Assembly (NCBI RefSeq): GCF_963921235.1
Contig: NC_086097.1
Location: 203,238,001-203,302,000, forward strand
Source of the DNA: Mobula hypostoma
Lineage: Eukaryota
DNA: 64,000 nucleotides
Direction: 5' to 3'
Part shown: in pieces, positions 37,701-63,779 of the stretch
Layout: every line of letters starts with the position of its first letter
How positions within the stretch are numbered: the first letter of the stretch is position 1
The notes under the pieces: generated by a model
The model's database searches: none
Told to the model about the DNA's origin: nothing
The model's input: the letters and a program-made list of their open reading frames with translations, nothing else
Position numbers and translations under genes: made by a program

Positions 37701-40652
37701 GTGTAAGGTGAACAACACACACAAAATGCTGGAGGAACTCAGCATTACTGGCAGCATCTATGGAAAAAAATACAGTCAATGTTTCAAGCTGAAATGTCTA
37801 CTGTGCTTTTTTCCATAGATGCTGCCTGGTCTGATAAGTTCCTCCAGCATTTTGTGTGTGTTGCTCAGACTTCCAGCATCTGCAGATCTTTTCTTGTTTG
37901 TCTTGTGTAACGTGCCAGGACTGGGCACCAATATATGAGGGAGGCATTTTCACCTTCCAATTTGACCAGAGTAGGAGAACGATAGAGAGACCAACTGCGA
38001 GGATCAAAAAACAAAAGAGACTGAAAGAACTTCAATTAGTTAACCTTGATACAGGGAAAGGTGTCATGCAAGAGCAAAAGGAGATAAAACTAGATGTGGT
38101 AGATTCAACCAAAACAGAAACAATAGGATATGAAGATATAGAATGAACAAATCCAGTGCAAATTTTGAAACACAGCAATGTTATCCTGGTAGGTCAATAT
38201 AATCAAAAAATATAGAAAAGCTATGTACTATTTTTTCTAAATGGACAGTATAAATGTACAAGTCCTCTCATGTCAAATAGCAGAATAGTTATTATAGATC
38301 ATTATGCAACTCGCCTTTTAGTTCCCAGGAATCTTCCTTCCTCAGCTCTCATGCCTAAATCTAACACAGTATTTGAAACTTTTAACTTCCATTTTAGATG
38401 TCTACTGACAAATCTGTATGTGATGGCAATAAACTGGGAGCTACTCGAAGGGGATTAAAATCAACCTCCACCCAACATAACTAACAAAATATCACAAAAA
38501 GTTCTACCACAGTTACCACATGTACATTCGATAATTGATTCAATTTTTAACCTGCATTTAATGTCCCCCAAAGATAGAATGGATTTGTCCTTGTTTTGGG
38601 TCAAATTATTTACAAAAGTGTGTAGCAGAGTGGTTGTTTCTGTTATTGGATTAGTTGTCATTTTTGAAACAGTGATCCAAACACCCAAGTTTGAATTTGA
38701 CTGCTGCAGCTGAGTAGCTTAAATCCACAGGGTTGGGCAACAGGTCAGAATAGTAGTCAATGGTGCTGCTTGACAAGTCAAGCAATTCAATTCTCCGGTG
38801 CCATCTGTGTAGATAGCGCACCTGTCACCATATGGGTTTCTACTGGGTGCTGTTGTTTCTTCCCCACAAACCAGATATGTCTGGAGGTTACTTGTCTCCT
38901 GTAAATTACCTACTGTGAGGGGGAATAGGAGCCAGCATGGGCCGAATGGACAAGTGGTCCCCATTTTGTAATACCCAAGTATTAAACAATAGAGCGTCAC
39001 TGACTGAAGTGTCTTCGAAGTTTTGTCAACACGTGCAGGTGAGCACACAGGGAGATAGCATACTCGACCACTGCTACTCTCCCTTCCGCAATGTTTACAA
39101 AGCTCTCCTTTAACCTCCGTTTGGAAAATCACATCACTCCTCCATTTTGCTGCTGCCAAAGAACACGTAGAAGCCAAAGCAAGAGGTGGCCATAGTTAAC
39201 TGCTGCATCACCGCCTTGTACGGGAACTGTACTTCCCTCAATCACAGGTCTCTGCAGAGAGTGGTGCGGACAGCCAGCGCATCTGTAGATGTGAACTTCC
39301 CACTATTCAGGTCATTTACAAAGACAGGTGTGTAAAAAGGGTCCGAAGGACCACTGGAGACCTGAGTCACCCCAACCACAAACTGTTCCAGCTGCTACCA
39401 TCCGGGAAACAGTACCGTAGCATAAAAGCCAGGACCAACAGGCTCCGGGACAGCTTCTTCCACCAGGCCATCAGATTGCTTAATTTATGCTGACACAGCT
39501 GCATTTCTATGTTATATTGACTAAACTGTTGTAAATAATATTTATTATACATTACTATAATTGCACATTTAGACGGAGATGTAACATAAAGATTTTTACT
39601 CATGTATACAAAGGATGTAAGTAAATTCAATTCAATAATAAAGTCAATTCAATTCAATTGAGGACAAAAACTAGATTCCACAACAGTAACAACAAAGATA
39701 AACAATTGTTATATAAAAGAAAACACTCATTTAGTTCACTAATGTCTGTCATCCTTAACCAGATTTATAAGTCGTGTGAACTCGTTCTTTGTTTCAGAGT
39801 TTTAACAATGGTCATTAAATGTGAACATTGCCAGTTATATCCATACTCCATACAAGTAAAATTCAAAGTATTAGTAATTTTTTTAAATTAGGCCACATTT
39901 TAAAAATACCGAGATCAGCAAGTTTAAACTTATTTTGCATACTATAAAATTAAGCGCTCAGTCACTATTTTAATAGACCAATTTGGGAAAAATAATCTTC
40001 AAGCGAATGAAGCTTATATTTCTTCTGCAGACACAGTATCTATGAATTCTACTAAATGCGGTCTGCAAAATTGGTGATTTGCTTCTGTTTTTAATAGTCC
40101 TTATACTCAATCGTGTCTATCGTTTTCGGAGCTTTTCCCCCGATTTTGGACTGCAGCTTTAAAATCCTAGAGTCTAATTATTGTTCTGCAATCTACGGCT
40201 ACAGAACTATTACTTGTGCCTAGTGCCGTCTCCTGTTGCCGGAAGTGCAATTATATTGCGGCCTTTCCAAAGATTTCACTTGGATGACAACTTGGGAGAT
40301 CGGGAACGACGCGTTTAATTTTCTGGTTTATCGTTAATGAGACTTCCTCGGAGAGCTGGTTTTTCTACAATGAGTAATCCCAGGAACTGGGATGAAAGAA
40401 ACACACAAATGAAACTGTCGCTTCACTAATAAACTATCTTAATTTAACCAATTTCCCCCGGGATCAATAAAGTATGACTATGTAATGCATATACGCACCC
40501 AGCCTGCTTTCATTACTGGTATCCAGAAAGTCGTGGCTGAGGTTGGTGATAACATTGTGGGATTCCACAGACGCGTTTTTGCTGTCCTTGTCTGCCAGCA
40601 GACTGTACAACTTGAGCAGCTGCCGCTGGGCTCCATCCGCTGCCGCAGCCAT
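1214..40652 (-). CDS. PRKDC: DNA-dependent protein kinase catalytic subunit, 5' part (coding exons 1-5: 40499-40652, 17659-17735, 13969-14061, 2554-2628, 1214-1313); gene continues beyond the left edge
   Basis: Five GT-AG-bounded exons with compatible phases splice to [15 protein letters not shown]...[36 protein letters not shown]...[62 protein letters not shown], matching the vertebrate DNA-PKcs N-terminus as recalled. Lies head-to-head with MCM4. Confidence 0.95.
2554..2628 (-). CDS. PRKDC: PRKDC exon 4 (75 bp)
   Basis: ttcttag acceptor; [25 protein letters not shown]; gtagga donor. Confidence 0.94.
2679..3180 (+). mobile_element. Tc1/mariner-type non-autonomous fragment
   Basis: TA|CACTCAGTGGCTACTTTATTA terminus resembling vertebrate Tc1 ends; decayed internal sequence. 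Confidence 0.5.
3620..5190 (+). mobile_element. CR1 LINE, decayed RT and 3' end
   Basis: [47 protein letters not shown]; many stops. Confidence 0.88.
6510..6882 (+). mobile_element. Rex1/Babar-like LINE 3' fragment with (AAAGTAT)n tail
   Basis: aacagcttctttcca..ataagactgctgaac C-terminal motif; ends aataaagtataaagtataaagtat. Confidence 0.55.
6950..7760 (+). mobile_element. Rex1-like LINE fragment, interrupted by the L1 and resuming at ~13699-13900
   Basis: [43 protein letters not shown]. Confidence 0.75.
8133..11910 (-). CDS. L1 ORF2p (APE endonuclease, RT, C-terminal Cys/His domain) with one +1 frameshift near the N-terminus
   Basis: [23 protein letters not shown] lies in one frame; [39 protein letters not shown] and CDRC..H..C lie in another; the shift falls in the A7 run at 11841-11847. 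Confidence 0.9.
12632..13531 (-). CDS. L1 ORF1p (coiled coil, RRM, CTD), 299 aa, intact
   Basis: [37 protein letters not shown] motifs typical of L1 ORF1. Confidence 0.9.
   Translation of the reverse strand: MILRSAMSKNGKDGKDGKPPVKPKATDLPPTESPVTLKAISELIQREISTSVREMIRTEIMGFVKDLIHTEISTKFQKIADLIDKMQTCIAEHQSAISDLQKSAQQSELKMGKVEETINVMKKKLDFLTFKNSDLESRMRRQNLRMIGVREAVEANNPMKYFSQLLKDAFPTVFPDQPPLLDRVHRIPSYSSRSDRPRHVILRFHYFQDKERLFRFARSKGFIDFSDLKFRFVEDFSKPIWDQRVRYRSVMSEFYKMDLRPALLYPARLRIRMLDGALRFFDSPSDAQSYLDQLSSSTS
13969..14061 (-). CDS. PRKDC: PRKDC exon 3 (93 bp)
   Basis: tttttag acceptor; [31 protein letters not shown]; gtaaga donor. Confidence 0.94.
14300..15700 (+). mobile_element. Decayed CR1 LINE fragment with nested V-SINE
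   Basis: Remnants of ldfrkafd, RDLGV and the CR1 3' region. Confidence 0.7.
15067..15270 (+). mobile_element. V-SINE (HE1-like, tRNA-derived)
   Basis: A/B-box-like head, then V-domain-like gtgtgggctttccccaggtgctctggttacctcccaca; similar copy at 55824. Confidence 0.7.
15730..16040. mobile_element. Two DeuSINE Deu-domain remnants in opposite orientation
   Basis: cagtgctgtactgaggg...aagtggatataaaagatctcagggtactactttgaagaagag (+), then ctcttcaaagtagtgccc...tttcatccaaaagggaggacc (-). Confidence 0.55.
16240..17600 (+). mobile_element. Decayed CR1 3' fragments
   Basis: [13 protein letters not shown] and RGH..K motif remnants, two pieces. Confidence 0.6.
17659..17735 (-). CDS. PRKDC: PRKDC exon 2 (77 bp)
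   Basis: Pyrimidine tract and tgcag acceptor; (A)[25 protein letters not shown]; gtaagt donor. Confidence 0.93.
19389..21410 (+). mobile_element. HERO-type (R2 group) non-LTR retrotransposon, 5'-truncated, with RT, CCHC knuckle and restriction-like endonuclease
   Basis: GIITGCTIS and RAFMDD (RT); [40 protein letters not shown] (PD-D/ExK); stop at 20633-20635; candidate TSD AAGAATTTT at 19380-19388 and 21411-21419. Confidence 0.85.
22454..22505. mobile_element. 52-bp hAT/Charlie-type micro-MITE
   Basis: Ends CAAGGGTTCCCAAC...GTTGAGGAACCCTG; imperfect 8-bp TSD CTCTAAAT/TTCTAAAC. Confidence 0.55.
22688..22733. repeat. (TG)n microsatellite, ~22 units
   Basis: Direct reading. Confidence 0.97.
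22763..23048 (+). repeat. 5' LTR
   Basis: TGTGGCG...CGCTACA; ~16 substitutions versus the 3' LTR by manual count. Confidence 0.95.
23051..23064 (+). other. Primer binding site, tRNA-Trp
   Basis: TGGTGACCCCGACG, complementary to the 3' end of vertebrate tRNA-Trp. Confidence 0.85.
23989..26118 (+). pseudogene. Gypsy pol (RT, RNase H, integrase N-terminal part), ended by a premature stop
   Basis: 709-aa ORF; integrase core continues in 26119-26720. Confidence 0.9.
26865..27150 (+). repeat. 3' LTR
   Basis: Direct repeat of 22763-23048, followed by CTTC. Confidence 0.95.
27502..28514 (-). mobile_element. hAT/Charlie3-like DNA transposon, internally deleted, with perfect 8-bp TSD
   Basis: TIRs CAGCGGTCCCCAACC / GGTTGGGGACCACTG; TSD TACTATTA at 27494-27501 and 28515-28522; transposase C-terminus [44 protein letters not shown]. 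Confidence 0.9.
27927..27964 (+). ncRNA. Minimal type I hammerhead ribozyme motif in a Penelope pLTR fragment
   Basis: TAGTC-CTGACGA-AGGGTCTCGGCCT-GAAAC-GTC-GACTA: stem I, CUGANGA core, stem II, GAAA, palindromic ACGT stem III, GUC cleavage triplet. Confidence 0.75.
28540..29470. mobile_element. CR1 3' fragment (-) followed by a Rex1-like 3' fragment (+) with (ATGACT)n tail
   Basis: CR1 3' motifs; [26 protein letters not shown]; gggatcaataaagtatgactatgact. Confidence 0.65.
31637..31672 (-). ncRNA. Minimal hammerhead ribozyme motif, intact core, sense to PRKDC
   Basis: AGTC-CTGATGA-AGGGTCTCGGCCT-GAAAC-GTC-GACT. Confidence 0.75.
32636..32671 (+). ncRNA. Hammerhead motif, mutated copy
   Basis: AGGC-CTGACGA-AGGGTCTCGGCCT-GAAAT-GTC-GACT. 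Confidence 0.5.
34440..37690 (+). mobile_element. Decayed near-full-length Rex1-like LINE with nested insertions
   Basis: APE motifs ILTAVYIPP and [37 protein letters not shown]. Confidence 0.75.
36390..36642 (-). mobile_element. tRNA-derived CORE-like SINE
   Basis: A box TGGCCAAGTGG, B box GTTCGAGCC, then gtgtccttgagcaagacacttaacc (MIR-core-like). Confidence 0.65.
37711..37900. mobile_element. Fold-back Penelope pLTR-derived insertion
   Basis: ~75-bp inverted arms caacacacacaaaatgctggaggaact... / ...agttcctccagcattttgtgtgtgttg; TSD TCTTGTGTAA(G/C)GTG at 37697-37710 and 37901-37914. Confidence 0.7.
39240..39660 (+). mobile_element. Rex1-like LINE 3' fragment with (TTCAA)n tail
   Basis: [29 protein letters not shown]; aataaagtcaattcaattcaa. 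Confidence 0.65.
40499..40652 (-). CDS. PRKDC: PRKDC coding exon 1 (154 bp)
   Basis: ATG at 40652; [19 protein letters not shown]...SRL; donor G|GTGCGT after 40499. Confidence 0.92.
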
Positions 40653-41024
40653 TCTCCCTCCCAGTAAGACACCGCGCTGCAACTTTCACCGTCCGCCTTC
40701 CAGTTCTACCAGTTTCACGCCGCTAGAGAGGGGGAGCTGGGAACATCACACTCAATGCTGAACAGTATTGTTTCTACCCCCAGTTTCTCATGAAGACACG
40801 CAGTCTTTTTTTAATATTCTACCAGGATTACAATTCCAATTAAATCAACTTTTGAGAATGTGACTAATACGACAAATGCAATTCACGATGCGATTTCTCT
40901 TCCGCTTAAAATAGTTTATTCCGATATCTAAGAGCTGGGGTGCTGATTGGGTAGAAAAGCGCGCGAACTCGAGGTCAGCTGATCGATTCCGCGCGAAAAC
41001 TAGACAGTGGCAGAAACTTACAAG
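40653..41024. promoter_or_regulatory. Bidirectional PRKDC/MCM4 promoter with E2F sites and CCAAT box; probable non-coding MCM4 exon 1 ending at 41024
   Basis: Local CpG enrichment; inverted CCAAT (ATTGG 40946-40950); GCGCGAA at 40961; canonical E2F GCGCGAAA (=TTTCGCGC) at 40991-40998; donor-like CAAG|GTAAAA at 41024/41025. Confidence 0.75.
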
Positions 41025-41783
41025 GTAAAAGATTCTGAACTGTAAAACTAAGTGAATAGTATTCTATTGCGCTATTTGTCGTTATGTCATGTTTGTATTG
41101 ATGAGAGTAATTAAGTTGAAGTTGAAAGCATTGATTATTCTATTTAAATAGAAGGTTGGTACATTTATTGTTTTTTTTTCAGAGCAATAGATTGATAAAT
41201 CTTCAGTTTTATTTCTTGGACTCTAAAATAGTTTCCAACACACTTTATAAAAGAAAAAGTGAAAGTTACGTATGTATCGAAGAAATTTTGGTTTAATAAT
41301 GTTGGCTTTAAACATTTTGAAGTGTTGCAATTCCTCATGTTGAACATTGCGGATACTGTACGATTTACTCATTTTATGCCCTCAAGTGAATAGCGAAGCT
41401 TATGTTTAACCCATTAATATTTTGTTCATCGTAGTTTAGCAATTTAGAAAGCCCCTATCAAATCAACTTTTTCCTTCAAATAAGTGTTTTCCCCCTATTC
41501 TATCTCGGCCACCGGAACAGATAATAAAGCGTATTCAACGTGAAACGGTGACAGGTTTCTCTTTCCACAGACCGGCTGAGTTCTTCCAACATTTCTGTTT
41601 TTATTTCAGATTCTAGTAGGTACAGTTTTACTTGCTTTCCATATTAGCAAGAGGAATGGATGGACTTAAAAGCAGAAAAATTATTGCGGTTGTCACTGAA
41701 GCGACACGGGTATTTTGACCTTGTTCCATGTTAAAATTCGATAGATGGGTTTGAATGCTTTTTCTCTCATCCTAGTGCTAAAG

Positions 41784-57763
<15,980 letters not shown>

Positions 57764-58027
57764 GAACACATGTACTAAGAGTTTAAAATTAATATTTTCC
57801 TATTGATCTTTGTTACTGAAACTTTGATATTTTACATTATTTTGCTTTGTTTCTGCAGCCATTTCTGGTAAATTCATGATCTAGTTATGCTGAGGTGAAA
57901 TTAATGTCTCTTGATAACACATTCAAACTCATAGCTCCATTGCCAGATCTGTAAATAAGTGGTTTTGTTTTCCATCTTTTATATGATGCATTATTAGAAA
58001 GAAGGAATTGGATTAATTTGGCGATGG

Positions 58028-58068
58028 AATAAAATGTGAGAAATGTATTTTGTGTTCTCAGTAATAAA
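58028..58068 (+). terminator. Candidate MCM4 polyadenylation signals
   Basis: AATAAA at 58028-58033 and 58063-58068, ~270-300 bp after the stop, followed by GT/T-rich sequence. Confidence 0.55.
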
Positions 58069-58369
58069 AATGTGCTTTTCTCTGAAGGTTGTTTGACATT
58101 AATATAGACCTGTCCTTTGCAAAACAATGCAGTGCTAACCTTTTGAGCTGCTGTTTTTAAGATTATAAAGGAAAAAACTTAAAACCTTTTAGTCTCCTTT
58201 GTAATCTTAAAAACAGTCAATTGAGTTCAATTTATCCTTCCCTATAGCTATCTTAAAACTTGTGGTCACTATTCCCTAACAGTTCGTCCACTGACAGGTC
58301 AAATTGGGGTCAAAAGTTTGAAATCCTGGCCACAATGAAGTATTATTTGAATTAGTGAATGAAAAAGTG

Positions 58370-61330
58370 GCATTGCAGGGGCAAAAGCCATTTGAGCAGA
58401 ACAGGACTCACTGGAGTGAGTTTTATTTGAGCTAGTGAAAAGGGGGCACCCAGTGTTAGAATAGTCGGGTTTCTGCAAGAACAGGCAAGGTGAATACAAA
58501 ACTCAAAGGCTTCAGAGAGAAGGCACGGGTAAGCTTTTCTTTAATGTATTGTCTGTAAATCCTTGGTCCTTAGTTCAGTGTGGGCAGGATGGTAGTTCAG
58601 ACAGTGGAATGCTCCTCCTGTGAGATGAGAGAATTCAAGGTACCTGACAGTGACAGTCTCCCTGATGATTACTCAGACCCACTTGGGAGGCTGAAAGCCT
58701 CAGAGCAGCCAGAAGTCATGGTGCACATTCGCACTAATGACATAGGTAGAAAGGTGGGGAAAAGATCCTGCACAGAGAGTATAGAGGGTTGGGAAAAAGG
58801 CTGAAGACCAGGAGTTCTCTGGATTACTCCTGGTGCCATATGCTATTCAGGGCAGGAATGGGATGATAGTACAGATGAATGAATGGTGTAGGGGCAGGGT
58901 TTCACGTATCTGGATAATTGGAACCTTTTCTGGGGCAGAGATGACCTGTACAAGAAGGATGGGTTGCACCTGAACTGGAGGGGAACCAATATCCTAACCG
59001 GGAAGTTTGTGAGTGTTACTTGGGAGGGTAACCCCCAGAGCGGAAGGGGTTAGAACTGAGGAGAGATTGAGTTGCCTGGGACTGTACTCACTGGAATTCA
59101 GAAGAATGAAAGGAGATCTTATAGAAAAATACAACATTATGAAAGGGATAGATGAAATAGAGGCAGGAATGGCATTTTCAATCATAAGTGAGACTAGAAC
59201 TTGGGGACATAGCCATAAGATTTAGGGGAGTAGATTTAGGATGGAGATGAGGAGGAACTGCTTTTCCCAGAAAGTAGTGAATCTGTGGAATTCTCTGCCC
59301 AATGAAGCAGTGGAGGCTACCTCGGTAAATATATTTAAGGCAAGGTTGGTTAGATTTTTGCACAGTAGGGGAATTAAGGGTTATTGGGAAAAGTCAGGTA
59401 GGTGGAAATGAGTCCACGGCCAGATCAGCCATGATCTTATTGAATGGTGGAGCAGGCTGGACAGGCCAGATGGTCTACTCCTGCTCCTATTTCTTATGTT
59501 TTAAACTAGTTTGGCAGGGGTATTGGGAATCTCCAGACCACCAGGTTAGAAAGTGGAGGGATAGTGAGGAACATAGATATCAGAGCCAGTTAAAAACAGG
59601 TAGGAGCAAAGTAATGGATACATGGGACAGAGAGTATGAAGTGTGTGTATTTTAATCCTATGAGTATTATGGGTAAAAGTGATGAACTTGGGAGCATGAA
59701 TCAGTATGTGGAATTATGATGTGGCCAGTACAAATACCTGCTTGAGAGAGGGAAAGGAATAGGTGTTTAATGTCTCAGGATTTCCACGTTTTAGAAAAGA
59801 TAAGGGGGAGGTTGCCTTACTGATCAGGGACAATATCACAGCTGCATTCGGGATGTATTGGAGGGCTTGTCCTCTTAAATCTATATGGATAGAACTCAAA
59901 GATAGGATCACTCTGGGATTGTACTACAGAACCCCCCAATAGCAACAGACATTCCGGCAGATTAAGGAAAAGTGTAGAAACTATAGGGTTGTGGCCATGG
60001 AGGGCTTTAACTTCCCTAGTCTAAACTGCGACTTCTGAGTCCAAGAGGTTTAGATGGACACATCCTGGAGAGTTTCTATATTCAGTGTGTTAATGGCTCA
60101 ACAAGAGGGGCTGTACTGGATCTGGTGTCATGTAATGAGCCTGGCCAGGTATCTCACCTTTCAGTTTTAAGGTAGCTATGTAGATACTGGGTAAGTATGA
60201 ACCTCACAGGAGAGTATTAACTTGGAACAGAGAATGTTACAACAGCATTAAGCAGGAACTAGGTAGAGTCCACATCTGACATGGAATGTATTTAAAAATC
60301 AACTGCACAGAGTAGAGGACGGCGAGGTAAGAGACCTTGGATGTCAAGGGAGGTGATGAATTTAGGCAAGAAAAAGGAAAAGTATGTAAAACTTAGGAAG
60401 TTAAAATCAAACAGAGCCCTGGAGGATTATAAACAAACTAAAAAAGAACTTGAAGGGAACTGGGGGGGGGGGGGTGCGAATCATCTGCTTGGATAGGAAA
60501 GGTGTGGGCAAGGACTTTAATGAGTACTTTACAACAGTACTTACCAAGATGAAAGACATGGAGGATAAACAGATCAGTTCTGTGGGTATTAAACTGCTAA
60601 GGCATTTTGAAGTAAAGGCAGGGATGGTGTTGGGTCTGGTTAAAGAACGTTAAAAGTGATAAATCCCCAAGAGCCTGAAAGGATGTTTCCCAGGTTATTG
60701 AGAGAGCAAATGAGATTACTGGGGAGTTGGCCATTATCTTTGTGTCCTCTGTAGTCACAGGCAAGGTCCCAGAGGACTGGCGAGAAGCTAATGTTCCATT
60801 GTTCATGAAAGGAATTAGGGATGATCCTAGAAACTATCGACTGGTGACACTCACATCAGTGGTAGGGAAGTTACTGGAGAGGATTCTTAGTGATAGGGTT
60901 TATGAGCACTTGTCAAACCGTGGCCTAATTAGGGAAAGCTAGCATGGCTTTGTGCAGGACAAGTCGTGTCTTACTAACTTAATTAGTTTTTGATGAGATG
61001 ACGAGGGTGATTGATGGTAGAGCTGTCAATATTGTCTACATAGATTTTACTAAGGCATTTGACAAAGTCTTTCATGGGGGCCTCATCCAGAAGGTTAAGA
61101 TGCATGGGATCCATGGTGAATTGGCTGTTCAGATTGAGAACTGCCTTGCCCATAGAAGCCAGAGAGTAGTGGTCAGAGGGAATTGTCATCACTGGAGGTC
61201 TGTGATTAGTATCTGTACTGGGCCCTCTGCTGGTTGTGATGTATATAAATAAGCCGGATGAAAAATTACATGGGTGGGTTAATAAATTTGCAGATGATAC
61301 GAAGATTGATTGTGTAGTGGAGAGCATAAT
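58370..61330 (+). mobile_element. Decayed near-full-length CR1 (ORF1 SGNH esterase and ORF2) with nested CR1 3' piece at ~59050-59500
   Basis: EQPEVMVHIRTNDIG and DGLHLNWRG (esterase blocks); [30 protein letters not shown]. Confidence 0.75.
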
Positions 61331-62274
61331 TGGCAAAGCATACAGCAGAATAATGATTTGGAACTGATACAGATTTTCAGGACTAGTAGTATTGCTAGTG
61401 TTCTAATTTGTTGTGTATTTCATTTAAATACGTAATTCCTTAGTTAAATTGTAGTTTATCTTTTTTTTATATCTATTTAACTATTTCCATGAAACTGGCT
61501 AATTGGGGCAGCCGCTTAATTAGGCCAAAATGTACTGCTCCCAATGTGTCCCAATTAACTGGAACCCACTGTATTTTTATTTTGGCAATTATTGTTTGAC
61601 CAGCTGAGCATTTTCAACTTCTTGTATTTCAGCATGTGTAGCAATGAGTGGATAACCTGAAATTTGGAGGCCTAATAAACTTCGAATGTGACAGTAATTG
61701 GCCTCAAGAACATAGTTAACAGACTTGTGAATTAGAAACTAGTAAAATGGTATGTGATAGCAAGAATGCAAAGGAGGGCACAATTCCAAAAGAGCAATTT
61801 GCGATACAGATGTTTTGTTGAAAGCAATGGACCATGTTGTAAAAGTGGTTAAAATAGAATATGGGAACCTGGGCTTTATAAGAAAGAACCCGAGTGCAAG
61901 AACAAGGAAGCAATAAAGAAACTCCATAACACAGGTACCTAACAGAGATATTGTGTCCTGTTCTTGATGCTACATGTTTAGGGAAGATTAAAGAAAGAAT
62001 GCAGAAGAGATTTACTAAAATTATTTTAAGGCTAAGAGAAACTTTGGTATTGTGGATTGATTTTTTTAAAAAGTTGAGGTTTTCTTTGCAAATAAATGCT
62101 GAAAGCTGTCTAAAATCAAGAATAATATTCACGGAATGAATGGAGATAGTTTTTTTCCCCATTACGGGGATAAATAGAGGGGAGACAAGGGGGAAAAAGT
62201 GATTGGGAAATGAACCAAAAGTTAGCACAGTGAGAGGCAGGAGTGGAAATCACTGAAAGAAGTAATGGAAGCAG

Positions 62275-63600
62275 GTCCGACTCTGCCCACTCGGTGGCAC
62301 TGGCGCCAATCATCATGAAGTTCTTTGAACGGCTGGTAATGGCACATATCAAAAACTCCATTCCTGCCGCACTGGACTCTTCAATATGCTCACCGGCAGA
62401 ACCGCTTTAAGAAAAATGCCATAGCATTTGTCATGCTGCTAGCCCCTGACACACCTAGAAAACAAGGACATTTATGCCAGAATGCTGTTTCTGGATTTCA
62501 GTTTGGCACTCAACACTATTGTTCCACAGACCTTGGTGAACAAACTCCTGTCTAAAGTACACCACTGTGTAAAAAGGGTGTTGGACTTCCTAACCACCAG
62601 ACCCTCCCCATCATCCTCAATATGGATGCCTGCGCCCCCCCCCGAGCTGTGTGTTGAGCCTTTTGCTATACACTGTACTCATACATGACAGCACAACCAA
62701 ATACCTGAGTAATCATATTGTGAAGTTCGATGATAACATGACAGTGGTGGGGCTCATCATCAACAACAATGAAATGGCCTGCAGAGATGAGTTGGAGAGC
62801 TCAAGGTCTGCTGCCAGGCAAATAACTTCTTCCTCAATATTAACAGGACAAGGAAATGGTTATCAACTTCAGGAGAACTTGTACCACTCACACCCCTCTT
62901 TACACCAGTGGCTCGGCAGTGGAAACTGCGAGCTGTTTCAATCTTCTGGGATTGTACATCTCACACAACTTCTCATGGTCCCAGAACATGTCCTGCACAA
63001 TCAGGAGAGCTCACCAAAGGTTCTGCACATCCATACTCGCGTCCTTCTTCAGATGCACATTAGAGAGCATCGTAACATGCTGCATCACTGCTTGGTACAG
63101 AAACTGCACTGCAGTGGACAGGAAGGCTCTGCAATGGGTAGTCAAAACTGGCCAAAGCATCACTGGGATCAGCCTACCTGCCATCAAGGACATGTATACA
63201 GAAAGGTAGTGGAAAAGAACCAGTCCCACCCACCCTGTTCATTGTCTGCCCCATATTTCATCAGGGAAGAGGCTACGTAGCGTTCACGCCAGGATCATCA
63301 GACTCAAAAAAGTTACTTTCCCCAAACAGTAAGGCTGATCAACACCTCCACTCACTAACCCACTCCACATCAGCTTTACTTTTTCATTTCCTGTCAGTCA
63401 CCTTATGTACAGACCCTCCTGTGCTTAGCATCATTTTATGGACATACAATAAATCTATCTATATAAGCTATTTTATGTATTTATATTTATTGTGTTCTTT
63501 ACCTTATTGCGTTTGTTTATGCTGCATCAGATCGGAAGTTACAATTATTTCGTTTTCCTCTACACCTGTGTACTAGAAATGTCATTAAACAACAGCATCT
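62275..63600 (+). mobile_element. Rex1-like LINE fragment
   Basis: [39 protein letters not shown]. Confidence 0.7.
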
Positions 63601-63779
63601 TGAATCTCGCGTTCACAAGGGAGTTAGATGAATAATGGGATTTGTCGTGTTCCGGGGAGAGATTGTATTACTTTTATAAAGAGCTAGTACGGACTTAACA
63701 GAATCGAGTCCTTCGTGCTGCAGCTTTTCTGTTACTAATTTCGCAATATCAAGAGCGTCTTTATTTTAATTCATTCCTT

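Noticed and set aside
40653..40682. N-terminal extension of PRKDC in the ORF track (MQRGVLLGGR)
   Set aside because: It starts at TTG; the ATG at 40652 fits the expected N-terminus
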